Shown one piece after another: positions 13,175-24,684 of a stretch of DNA of 64,000 nt. A model generated the notes under the pieces. That model worked only from the letters and a program-made list of their open reading frames with translations, searched no databases and was not told the origin of the DNA. Where the stretch lies: contig CP158635.1 of assembly GCA_050273025.1 (NCBI GenBank), forward strand, positions 16,802,001-16,866,000, written 5' to 3'. The stretch comes from Cenococcum geophilum (lineage: Eukaryota). Position numbers and translations under genes: made by a program. Every line of letters begins with the position of its first letter. The first letter of the stretch is position 1.

Positions 13175-14910
13175 TATATAACCTTAGCTACTATTCCTTA
13201 TTATATAGTTCTATTAGCTCTATCCTAGACTATACCTAAATTAACTAACTAGCTTCCTCTAACTCTTCTTTAAGTGGTTATAATATTGTACTTAAAGCGT
13301 CCGTAATATAACTTACTAATAACGACTACTCGAGTAGGTTATAGTGATATTAGTTAATAAAGCTTATTAATTGGAATGAGGAAGGGTAAGGAGCCTAAGA
13401 CTCCTTACTACGCTAGTGCCGCGGCGTTACGTAACGACCGCTTGCCTTATTCCCGTTAGTAAACTTTATAATTTTAGTATTAACTATTTAACTCTAAGGC
13501 TAAATACTTTATTTACCTATTATAGAACTCTTTTCCTTTATTACGGAAGTTTTATCTTTTTAATTTTCTACTTTAATCTATCCTCGTAGATAACTAGCTT
13601 ATACTCTTATCTTTTTTTTTAGAATCTTAAGCCTTTAGCTTTTTGCCTTTATTAAGTGCTAAAGTAGTTTACTATTTTACTTCTCTTATATCTTATAAAG
13701 TAATAAATATTATGTCTAATAGAGTCTTAATCCCTATTATTAATCTATCCTTTATAGTAGATTTAACTTCTACCTCTATTATAATATCTCTAAGGTTTAT
13801 ATACTTCTAGTAAGCTGCCTTTATTACCTTATTATTACTAAATATTTTACCTATATTAAATTTATCGTCCTTAATATTCGATCTATAAGATAGTTCGTTA
13901 GTTCTTCTAAACTTTATTAATTTTGGCTCCTATAGCTAATAGCTTATACTATACTTAACGTCTTTTAAATTTAGTATATGTTATATAATAAAACGCAAAA
14001 CTTCTAATTAGACACTCTTTGGTTCCTTATAGTATACTATCGTCCCTCTATATATATGTGTTGTTTACTAGCCTAATTCCCTTAACCATATAGTTACTCT
14101 AACTATCTTTATAGTCTCTAGTAAAATAACCTTATTTTCTACAATTTATATAAGCTTCTTCTTTAAACTATTTTTCTTGCTATTAAGTCCGCCTAAATAT
14201 CTTCTGCTATTAAGATCCCTAGTTTAGCCTCTACTTTTTAAACCTTTAATTACTTAAACCTTATCCTCTAAGTTTCTATAGTTGTTTTATTTATCTCTTA
14301 TAGGCTTTTCTAGTACTATTTAGGTCTATTAGCTTCACGCTATACTATAGTTTCTAATTTTAACTTTATTAATACGTACTTTGCGCCTTGTATAACCATA
14401 GAACTCTATTTTAACCCTTCTTAGTCTATTCCCTTTAGTAGATTCTATTATTAATCTTAATCGCTTAATTAATTAGTTCCCTTCGGGTTTCCATATCTTT
14501 TATTAGGATAATTATATTCTAAACTTTTACTTTAAGTCCCTGTTTATACTATGCTATAAGTACCTTATTATTCTATTTAACTTATATTACTAATATTTAA
14601 AACTATATTATATACTTAATTAATAAAATCCTTTATACTAGGTCTCTAAATATTTGCGTTAGGCGTTTTACGAACCTATTCTAACTAGTAAACATATACC
14701 GTACCTCCTAATTAGTAGTTGCTATACCGTTTTCCTATACCTCCGTTAGATAAGGCTTAAACTACTTAAGTCCCTTTTCCGTTAGAAATAATCCTATATA
14801 GGCGACTTAGTCTATAGACGTTACTAACTTCACTCCTTTTTACGTAACCTTAAAGTGTATTTACGTAAGAAATCCCTTAAGTTTTAACTTCTCCCCTAAG
14901 AATCGCTTAA

Positions 14911-15125
14911 TATAAGGGGATCTTATAGACAGGGCTATAAGGACACGATTGTGGAATAGGATAGATTGGTAAGAGAGACAAATCCTTAAGGGGGTAAGGC
15001 CTCTGGGATTGTGAAGACTATATACTACGGGCACGTGCCTCTGGTACGTGACCGGTAACTATTTAAGGGGCGTCTAAGGGTTATCCTAAGGGCAACCCGA
15101 GGTGTCCGCAATAATATCCCTTACA
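14911..15125. mobile_element. Solo LTR (215 bp)
   Basis: Termini tataaggg...cccttaca (RIP-altered TGTAAGGG...CCCTTACA) with TSD CTTAA on both sides. A homologue lies at 23577-23791. Confidence 0.88.
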
Positions 15126-15861
15126 CTTAATAGATAATAGCTTAATCTTAGCCACTCTAATCCTATTAATCTTTCCCTTAAGCAACCTATTATTATCTAT
15201 TATTTAATTAACTATTTCCTATAGCTGTCTAACTGTAACTAGCTAAGAGTTAGTATCTACTATACTGGTATCGTTACCTAATCTTAATATAGTTACTGCC
15301 GTTAACGCCGTTATAACTACTACTTTTAGTAGCATATTATTTAACTTTATTAATACTATAACTAGGTAGTAAATGTATAATAAAGCCTTATAGGAAATAC
15401 TACGGTAGACTTATTAATGGGCTAGGTATATAGGTAAATAAGAAGTTAATAATATAATAATAACTAGTAGAGTAGTTGCCTAATAATTAACTCTAATTAT
15501 TTTCTAAGATTTACTATAAAGAAGAGAACTATCTAGGTAGGGACTGTAGTCCTTTAAATATATAATACTGCGCCTAAGAAATATACTAAGTATATTAGTA
15601 CGTTAGTATATCGGTATATTCTATATTCCCACGTTCCTATATTCCTACATTCCTATATTCCCACATTCCTATATTCCCACGTTCCAAACTTATAACGTAA
15701 CTAGTTACGTAACTTAGCTACCCCTTATCCTATTGCTCGATTGATTCTAGCTTCTTTTATACTATCTTAACCAACCTATTTATATCTCTTCTTAGTAGTC
15801 GTACTACTGCCGATATAAGGTCTGTAATAGCGTTTATATATAATACTTCGTCATCGTAACA

Positions 15862-16207
15862 TTTACAAAAGGTTTAATATTCTTTAACTACTATATAATA
15901 AATCCCCTATAGTAGTTATAAACCCTTAAAAATAATCTTAACTGCGTAACGTTCTCTAGTTCTTATTAACTTACTATAGCTTTAATCTTCTTTAAGTCTA
16001 TACTAATATAACCTAGTTTAATAATAAATTTAATAAATTTGGTCTCTTTTATAAAGAACTTGCATTTTTTAATTACTACTAGCATCTATTCCTCTTATAG
16101 TCTCTTTAAGACCTATTTAACGTATTCTTCGTATTCTTCCTTACTTATTAAGTAGATAGTAGTGTTATTAAGGTATAATATAATTAATTTATTAAGGTGT
16201 TCTCCTA
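15862..16207 (-). pseudogene. Gypsy reverse transcriptase fragment
   Basis: Colinear with ~7575-7915 (RT YxDD region). It is preceded by a 32-bp stub ending gtaaca (15830-15861), possibly another LTR end. Confidence 0.8.
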
Positions 16208-17065
16208 TCTATATAGACTATAATTTAGGACCGTATTAAACATTAATCAAGAACAATATATATATTGTGTTTAATATATAAATAAGCTTATTAATTTTTT
16301 TCAAGTTATGGATAAAGTTTTAATTTTATAATTTATTCCTATAACATGTTTTACTATAGCTAAAAATAGTAATTAAGATTATGATATAGTCTATTTGTAT
16401 ATTTAATCTAATATTTTTTTTATATTTTCACTATATATAAAAGGGTAGTTTTTTAGTTTATACTATAATATTTTTATATTAATAGCTATTATCGATATTT
16501 ATTTATAAGTATATTTTAATACTATCCACAAGCTAATTACGTATATAAGTTAGCTAAGTCTTTTATTCTTCTTATTATTTAATTATAGTCTTTGTATTCG
16601 ATAAGCCGTATTTAAATTTCTATAAATTTCTATTACAAGGTTGTTAAGTTATTGGTAGTGTAGGAAGCTGTATTTGGATATTTAAATAAGGAAAAGCGAG
16701 CACGAGCCAGTCGGGTGCACGAGCCGATCAAAACTTCCAATGGATTCTACTACTTCATAACTAAAGTGCGGTCTTGGAATTTCAAAGGCCTTCTTTGCGA
16801 GGGCACGAACTCGATAGAAAGGATAAAAAGGATAGTTATCGGTGGATGTAATGGAGGTAACGTTGAGGATTAGCAAGTGAATTGGTTGCATACTTTAGGG
16901 CGTGATGCATTTGGTTTATTTCGTGCTGTGGTTGTTTTCTTTAGCAGAGCGCAGCGCCGTTGTGAACTTTGGTAGAGGGGTATGACTCCTCCTAAGCAAC
17001 AGCTAATTAGAGCCACGGGTGAGCCTGCAAATTTTTTTATCGCGCTAGCTATAGAGATGGATGCC

Positions 17066-17147
17066 TTAACATTAAGTCATAGCGCGTTAACATTGAGTCA
17101 GAGCGTGTTGACATTGAGTCAGAGCGTGTTAACATTGAGTTAAGTCA
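17066..17147 (+). promoter_or_regulatory. ~3.5 x 21-bp tandem repeat carrying TGAGTCA (Gcn4/CpcA/AP-1-type) sites
   Basis: The unit is ttaacattgagtcagagcgtg. Exact TGAGTCA occurs at 17094-17100 and 17115-17121, with TAAGTCA variants flanking, ~90-170 bp upstream of the ATG at 17234. Confidence 0.55.
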
Positions 17148-17233
17148 GTGGGACTGCAACTGTTAAATATCCTTCCCCAAGAGCTCGTTCCTAGTACATT
17201 CGTAACTCACTCACCGCCACAGGTTTTACAGCA

Positions 17234-18453
17234 ATGACGAACCAGACCACAATGCCGTACTATCCAACGAGAAGCCCGGAGGAATATCGGGGCAAATATC
17301 CCAATGCTGGCGTAACACTTGAGCTAAAACAGAAACATCTTCACCTCCTCCCCGCTAGCAAATGGGGAAAAGAGCATCTCATCGCTTGTCGTCTCATCCA
17401 GAACACCGGTGGCAAAATTCTTCCCGTCTTAAAAGAGTTCGCTCCGGAGCCAAACGATCTCGAAGAGCACAAAGAATGGGATAACATCAAACGTCTCGTC
17501 GACGGGCCCCAGAAGCAAGATTTGATGTATAAATCCAGCTTGGAACTGGATCAGGAGAACGGTAACTTGGGATTACTCTGGTCTATGCTGGCGGAATGTA
17601 TGGCCCTGCGCCAACCGTCTCAAAAGTCCTACCTAGCTAGCTCTTCCAATGGCGAAGGAGTCTACAATGGCGAGCACACAGACAGGACCGAGCCCGACGT
17701 CCTAACAGCCAAACTTGCCGGGGCCTTTATTCGATATGTACTGAATTTCTGTGCGGGACAGGAACCGAGAAATGAAGCTATGCTGGAATTCCGAGAGGAT
17801 CCAGAACGAGTGCGCCATGATCTGCCTTTGCTAAGGCTCGACGCTACGGACGATGGCGGCATCTGGACAGTGGAGACGAGGGAGTGGAATAAATATCCAT
17901 GGATGTTTGTAAGGCGACTGGCATTGCTAGATGCTAAGAAGGCATTTCAATGCATTGATGACGACAATCAGCCAGTGGTTTCCGACGCCCATTTGTCGCA
18001 GTATACCTGCGAGGCGCTGACGGCGTGTCTGAATTATCCATATGAAGATGAGTAAATCTACCCTTCTCTCCCCATCTAATCTTAACTGCTAACGTTTGTG
18101 CCAGGGTGTTTGTTGTAGCTATAACCCATACGTTTATGCGCTTCTTGCATTTTCACCGGACCAAAGATTATATGGAGTACCTTTACTGCACCGATGCAGA
18201 GCAGCAGAGAGCATCAAACGCCTACCTACATATGACAGAGACCGAGTTCTTCGCGCTCGACAGTGAAGTTGGTCGGAGACACGCTGTGTGCAATCTTCTA
18301 GGGTTGGTGAAGTTCTGGGAGAAGCAGCAGGAGCGGCAAGTCCAAGACTGGGAGGAGGCAGAGGGTAGCGAAGAGGATGTGGAGGGCGAATATGCTGTCG
18401 GCGAGGCTGTTAGCGGGGAAAACGACGACAATATCAATGGCGATGATCTGTGA
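17234..18453 (+). CDS. Intact two-exon hypothetical protein, 388 aa (exons 17234-18051, 18105-18453); probable PD-(D/E)xK nuclease-like fold with acidic tail
   Basis: A 53-nt intron GTAAAT...GCTAAC...CCAG (18052-18104) joins the 273-aa and 115-aa ORFs in frame (GA|G = Glu). Base composition is balanced with no RIP signature. Motif pattern: DDGG...LLDAKK...LSQYTCEAL. The gene structure is firm and the fold is inferred. Confidence 0.85.
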
Positions 18454-18676
18454 GGAACGAAGGAGACTCCGAGATAAATGCTGACTACCGTAACAATGAG
18501 GATAATAGTGAGGAAGAGACGTTCTTCTTAGAGTCTATCCTCTACCCCCCACCTACACTCGAAATAGAAAAGGCATTTGGGCGTAATTCCGGAATTATGA
18601 GGGGAAGACTAGATAGAGTAGAGTTCCTTAAATTAACGGAGTCTCCGGGCACAATTATCCCATACAATCGTAATTA

Positions 18677-18995
18677 AACCTTTACCGCACATGTAACCTT
18701 ACCAAAAGGTGGCGCCGTACTCCAAACTTACGCATACTCATCTTTCTATCAAAAAACATTGTTCTTCTAGCTCCTAAGACCCAATTCCGCCTACTTAGCA
18801 AGCTAGAGGTAGACTTATTCTGCTAATTACCCCCTTTCTCTATAGTAGGGGGCTTAGTAAAAAGGGGCCCTAGCTTATAAGCGGGGTAGAGGTAGGAATA
18901 CTAAAACTACAAAATATAGACTTTTCCTAGGGTTTTCTTCTATAGAAAGTAAAAGTCTAATAAAATAGGAGGTATAGGTATTTTTCTATATCTCC
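18677..18995 (+). mobile_element. Fragment of a LINE-like 5' UTR
   Basis: Aligns with ~58749-59118 (aaac.tttacc.cacatg.aaccttac...tttctatatctc). Confidence 0.65.
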
Positions 18996-19040
18996 TTTAA
19001 ACCCGGGCCCTTAGAACTCGGCGACCCCCTAAACTGGACG

Positions 19041-19700
19041 ACTTAACTAACCGAGCCCCACCACTTTTAAAGCCATCTATAACCAATCAAATTAATTTAA
19101 TCATCTACCCTTACGCGCTATTTAGTATATCGGCCCTGTTTCTACCTAGCGCCTATTAAGGCTTTTATTTTAGCTCCTTTCCCCCTTTTTTAGCTTTTAT
19201 CTCCTCTAACTTCTCTATAGCTTACTTAATCGAATCTATATTTATAAATTTTATATTTAGATCTATAGCTATATATTTAAGCGTCTTTATATATAGCCTC
19301 TATAGTAAGTCGCTTAAGTTATTGACCTACTTTTTATAGATGTAATTAAGCCTTTTAATTAAGTATATGCTCGTTATAAAGGCCTTAAACTATTTAATAT
19401 ATATTATAAGGCTTCTTTAGAGTAGTCATAATACTAAACTAATCACTGTTAGTTTATTTAAAGCTTAAAGTTTCTATTAAAGATTTATTTTTAGCCTATA
19501 AAGTTTTAAGGCCCTTATACGGATTCTATAGATAAATACTAAAGATATATTACCTAAATATGGTTATTTTTACTGTAAGGCCTTCCTTTTAGGCCTTATA
19601 GTAACACTTAATAAAACGGTACTTCTTAATTAAAGCTATATTATTAAGAAATATAAGCTTTATAATTTAGTCCTAATACTTTAATTTAATAAAGGAGAAG
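19041..19700 (-). pseudogene. Heavily RIPed, internally deleted pogo/Fot1-like transposase 3' remnant
   Basis: The minus strand gives ALIKKYRFIKCYYKA*KEGLT and TTLKKP..., resembling the post-DDE region of Fot1-type transposases. Boundaries are approximate. Confidence 0.45.
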
Positions 19701-21045
19701 TATAATAGATTTAGGGATTACTATATTAAATACGGTAGTAGAAGAACAAGCTATATATTATTCTATTTATATTTTAATAAAAACTTAACTATATAGTGGC
19801 TTATATAGCTATTAAAAAAATAGTTAAGTTTTATTACTAAATAATTTGGTTTTTAATAAGAAAAGACTAATAAATTACTTATGTATATATTTTCTTTTAA
19901 AAAGCCGCTACAGTAGTAGAACACGCCTACTACTTACCTAATAAAGAAACTACTACTCCTAATTAAATCTATAGCATAATATGCCCTAGGACTAATATAT
20001 ATGGTATAGTTAGAAAGCCTACGCGATATAGGAGGATTATAGTAGACTTAAAGGTGGGCCAATATATAGAAAAACGCGACACTACAATAAACCCAATAGG
20101 GGGCGATCTAACTATAATAACTAAAGGACAATAACTAGAAATAGCAGAAACTTATAAATATCCTAAAAAAACATTAAGGAAAATCTAGGGAAGGGAGAGG
20201 ATAAACACCTACACGTAGGGGTGGCGTGTATAGCCTAATAGGCAGAATAAATTACTTAGGAACTCTAGGTATAAGGTAACCCCCAAAAAGGCCTTGGTCT
20301 TAGCCTAGTTATAAAAGATTTTATTTAGCCTAGATTAAGCTCTATTGGACCTAAATCTACCCCTAGAGGTTTTTAATATATTTATTAGTAGTTTTCTCCC
20401 GTATAGCTTCCCAATATCCTCTTTAAAGAAGATTAGTTTAGGGCTCCTAACTTCTTAGGCTTAGGCTTAGGGGAACTCCAACTATAGGGGTTATATTAGC
20501 GCCAGTAGTTAGTATAAGTTACCCTATACAGCTTAAGTATTAAGTTAGTATTTAGGTTAGATTACCTAAAGGGGTATCCGCTTAGCTTATAAGCGGTCTA
20601 TATATTGCTACTATGCTAATTACAAGCTAATAGTCTTTCAGAAGGGTTTTGGTTAAATCCCTAATTAAATATATTAGTATATTCCTTTAGCATTTCCAGC
20701 TTAGGGGAAAATCTTAGAATTACCTCTAGCGCTTAATCTTTTAATTAGCTTAAGTAGGGCTAAAGGAGTTCTAGCTGCTTTTTAGTAGCGTTATAGCCGT
20801 TATAAAGGGCATTTATATTTTCTTTAGCGTTGCTAGTAATCGTAAGTATATAAAAGTCTTTAAGCTTTTAGCGTATCTAGGTATTAGGGCTTATTTAGCT
20901 ATCTTACCTAGAGGTTTATATTATTGCAATCTCTTGCTATTAGAGGGACCTTTCTACCTTAAAGTAACGGCTATCTATAGAGTATCTATAGGGTTTTCAT
21001 TTAGGTTATTACGAGATTTTTTTTTTAAAAAAAATAGTAGGTGTA

Positions 21046-23503
21046 ACGTAGGTAATGGGGTTTTGACTACACCCTAGGTTATAACCGTCTAAATATTAAA
21101 ATTCGCCAAAATGCCAATGTAGTAGTAAATAACTAGTAAAAGCCATTATAAGTTATCGCATTATTAGTAAGAAGTATAAAAGCTATAAGTATATATAATA
21201 CAGTCTATATAAAGTCGATTTTTAGTATTTTATAGTTTAAATAGCCACTAAGTTAACCCCTAAATGTCCTTATCCAAAGACTCTTTATCGCTTAAATTAC
21301 TTATATTATCGTCCTCCTACCCTTTTTATAGGCCCTCTAGTAGATCAGCTTCTTCTACTACCTTCTTAGCGGTCTCATAAAGCTACTTAATAAGAGTAAT
21401 AGCTATAAGAGCGGCATTAGAGGAGTCTTCTACCCGCTTCTTAAGCTTATCCACAGTTAACTATTTTAATATTGCATAATTAGCTGCTATATTAGCCACT
21501 AATTAAGCCTCTTTAGTGTGCTTTCTATAACCTATATTAGCGGCAGTAAGGGAGTCTTTCTGCGCCTTTTTAGCTACCTTTCCTGCCTCCCTTACCTCCC
21601 TATAGTAAACCTTGGCTAGCTTCTTATATTAGTAATCCTTTTTTAGGCTGCCTTTCTGGCTTAGGCTTACTCCTTAGTAAGCGCTACTACCACCTAACAA
21701 TCCTCCTTAAGCTGTTTCCTAGTAAGCTTACTCTTTAGCCTTCTAAGCGGCCTCTTTAGCAGTAGTAAGCTCCTTTATTACTTCTAAAATAAGAACTAAT
21801 TTGGTAGAGAGTATATTCTATTTACGCTTCTTCTTAGCCTTCCTCTCCTTAGTATATTGCTAAAGATTATTATTTTTAACTTATATAAGCTTAAGGCCTT
21901 CCTCTAAAGACTATAGGTATTATATTAACTTTAAGACAACTGCCTCCATTACCTACGGCATAGTTTCCGGATAAAGAATTATATACGTGTACTAAGCTTA
22001 AGCATACTTGTTACCTAGTAGGGGAGAACATATAGGGGAGGATAGGATCGTCGCCTCTATATAAGGTAGAGGTGTAAATAGCTTAATAAATATAGGCTGT
22101 TTAGAGCAGCGCATAAGGGCTTAATTTAGGTTAAAGGGAAGAGGCTTATAGCCTTAAAGGCGCTCTTAATTAACTCCGAAGTATATACTTATAGCTAAAT
22201 CTTACTAAGTATACGTAGAAAGTAGTCTCTATTAATACCAGTAATACTATAAGCCGTAAATTTATTAACTTTAGAAAAATATAAGCGCTTAAAAACTAAA
22301 AATATAACTAAATCTAGTGGCTATAGGAGGTGGGTAAAATATAGGGGGAGGTAGATTAGTATAATCTTCTTTAACTAGCAGAACTTAACAAACTTAATAT
22401 TAATATGGCTACTATAGCCATCCATAATTAGGAGTTAATAGCCGTTATATTTACCATTGGTTTTATCTTTAGTTGCCTTCTATACCTTAGTTTATTAGGT
22501 ATAGCGCTTAAAGTACTCTAGCTATCGTACTCCAAGTTCTGAATTTAACTATCTATTTTTGCTTATTACAATTATACACTCGCCTATAGCCTTCTCTACT
22601 TCCTGTCATAGCGATTCTATATATTAGCATCCTTTAAAAATAATAAACGGTGGAATCGTTTGCCTATATATACTAATTAAATCAATCTACAAAACCCACT
22701 CCCTTAAGCCGTTAATTGTCTTAAAATTAATAATATTACCTCTTAATATAACTACTTTGGCGCTATAAGCGGAGCCTATAGTATAGCTAGTCTTATCCAT
22801 ATTCTATACGTCTGCGTTATTAATATTATACTAAGTCTTAGCCCTAGAGTTTTTAGAAAAGAACCTTATAATTAGAGTAGGATTATTACTAGCAATAGCG
22901 CGTTCTAAGCTAATTAATTATATATAGTAAGTCCGAAGCTCTTCCTGGCGTTTAAAAAAAGATTATATCCAATTTTTACCTAGTAGGGCGACTTTGTAAT
23001 AGTAAGGAAGGTTAGAGTTTTCCCGCCAAAGAATAAGGGAGGCAATTGTCCAAATTATATAAAATCGATATGGAAACCTAGCTTTAGTAAGATATATATA
23101 GTGTTAAACAATCGCCGCCTCCCTGGTCAGAGTTATACGATATTAGTTTATATAGGCGACTTAGTAAGATTAGTGTTTACTATAAAGTCGTTTTTAAAAA
23201 GTAGTAGGAGGAACTCTATGGCATTCGCGTAAGCTTAGGGGTGGCAATATAAGCCGCTTACTTGCTAGGCAGTAAGAGCAGCTTATATACAATCTTCTAT
23301 ATCTAGTGCTTAGGGCTAGCAAGGCATAGACGTAGATTAGCGGTATATTTGTAGAGTTAAGGTATAGAAAAGTAGCTAAGAAAGTTAGCTATTTATTTAT
23401 AAAGCAGTAGTATACTTCTTTAGGCAATAAGCTAGCTATAAAAGGAAAGCGGTCTGCTAGCGCAGTTATAACTAGGGTGTAGTCAAAACCCCATTACCTA
23501 TGT
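21046..23503 (-). mobile_element. Fot1/Pot2-like (pogo) DNA transposon, full length, RIP-inactivated
   Basis: TIRs of at least 32 bp (acgtaggtaatggggttttgactacaccctag) with TA on both sides. The transposase starts at ATG 23327 and carries NMD(E)T (~22795), LLIMDG(H)SSH (~22420) and HLL(Q)PLD (~22325). Confidence 0.92.
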
Positions 23504-23576
23504 TAAACAAAAATATAAATAAATAATCTAGTTCTTAAGCTACCTACCCTTTTAAATAGACTAGGAAGGGTTTAAA

Positions 23577-23791
23577 TATAAGGGAACTTTATAGATAGGG
23601 GGCTATAAGGCACAATTATAGAAATAGATAGATTGTAGAGGAGACGAATTATTAAGGAGGTAAGGCCTTTAGAATTATAGAGACTATATACTACGGGTAT
23701 ATACCTCTAGCACGTAACCGATAACGATTTAAGGGGCGTCTGGAGGTTGTCCTAAGGGTAACCTAAAGTGACCGCAATAATATCCCTTATA
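23577..23791 (+). mobile_element. LTR of the same family as 14911-15125, probably a 3' LTR
   Basis: 215-bp homologue. The flanks differ (no TSD), and the purine-rich aggaaggg just upstream resembles a PPT. Confidence 0.7.
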
Positions 23792-24684
23792 ATAGGTAGT
23801 TAATTATCTCTTTTTTAAAAAGGAAGAGGCCTACTAAGTCCTAGGCGTATCGCGGACATAAATATATCTATATATCCCTATAGGTACAGCTAAAGATATA
23901 GGCTATTTTAGCTTATTAACTTTAAGCTTATTTTATAATTAAAGCTTCTAATTATAAACATAGGGTTAGTTCCATCTATAAGCAATAAGGGGTCCATAAT
24001 CTTTATAGACCGAAATAATACTAATACTATATATTAGGTTAGGGCCTTAAGGACTATAGTGAGTCTCTAAGTATTTAATAACTTATTACTAAATATAGGA
24101 GTATCTCTAGTTTTAAGCAGTTCTTAAAGTTAGTTAATTTTAGTATTAGCTGCTACAAGCTCTAACTAGGAGTTTAAGTTAGTTACTATTTTACTATTAG
24201 GGGTAGTTAAGGGTCTTATAGCTACTTTACCAGCTACTATATTTCTTAGTATAATAGTAGGGGTATTTAAGGGTTCTCGTCTATATAGGCCCTTTAGGTT
24301 ATATTATATATATTCTTTTAGTTCTATCCTATCCTTAGGGTCCTATTCTATTCTTATATATCCTTTAGGTCCGTTTTTATATCCTTATCCTATTTATAGT
24401 CCGTAGATATATTTAAGTTTCTTTTTAGAAAGAAAGAGTAGTAATAAGCTTTAGATAATATTAGCGACTTAGTTAATTAAGGCACTAGCACAGCAATATA
24501 ACGCGCGCAGGCCTGTATAATTAGTAGTCTATAAACGAGGATCTAAAGCTAGAGAAAGGAAAGGAGAAGGAAAGCAGCGCCGGCCGAAGTAGGGTTCTTT
24601 TATACGGTCCTCTAGTTACGTGACCGTAAAGTTCTGCCAAGTTCTGCCGACCAAGTTCTGCCATTTTCTGCTAGTGCCGTGACA
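23792..24684 (-). mobile_element. Gypsy 5' fragment (D-like): LTR 24497-24684 plus start of gag
   Basis: LTR termini tataac...gtgaca. The minus-strand gag motif DP..L.DGTNP...(W)KL(Q)L(Q)NKLKVN resembles 58510-58620. Confidence 0.7.

Larger units (their letters stand above)
4442..13308 (-). mobile_element. Full-length Ty3/Gypsy chromovirus family A, RIP-inactivated; 3' LTR 4442-4864, 5' LTR 11852-13308 (interrupted)
   Basis: Paired ~423-bp LTRs with TSD TAACT (4437-4441, 13309-13313) and a PPT next to 4864. Degenerate minus-strand motifs: CCHC (~10760-10800), protease DSxA (~8840), RT YxDD (~7875), RNase H, integrase DRD (~6425), GPF (~5905) and chromodomain (~5640-5740). Confidence 0.93.
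994..13458 (-). mobile_element. Non-autonomous Copia (GalEa-like) deletion derivative, gag only; 3' LTR 994-1159, 5' LTR 4421-4441 + 13309-13458
   Basis: Paired LTRs with TSD ATAAA (989-993) / GTAAA (13459-13463). A PPT-like tract lies next to 1159. The leader and gag resemble the Copia at 30580-36557, and gag is fused at ~2936 to the RNase H end (KEKRLII..). Confidence 0.85.
95..15829 (-). mobile_element. Ty3/Gypsy family B, 5' portion (5' LTR 15376-15829 plus gag region), RIP-inactivated, split by nested insertions
   Basis: The LTR is the reverse complement of 28823-29236, and the gag ATG is at 15335. Segments 95-993, 13464-14910 and 15131-15375 are colinear with the + strand copy (29237-30579, 36558-37021, 39072-39587, 46644-~46970). 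Confidence 0.85.

Noticed and set aside
17662..18437. Minus-strand ORFs 17662-17862 and 18222-18437
   Set aside because: They are antisense shadows of the real + strand gene.
16208..21045. Starship or other giant element around the lone gene
   Set aside because: I could not identify a tyrosine-recombinase captain, terminal repeats or a TSD. It cannot be excluded from this window alone.
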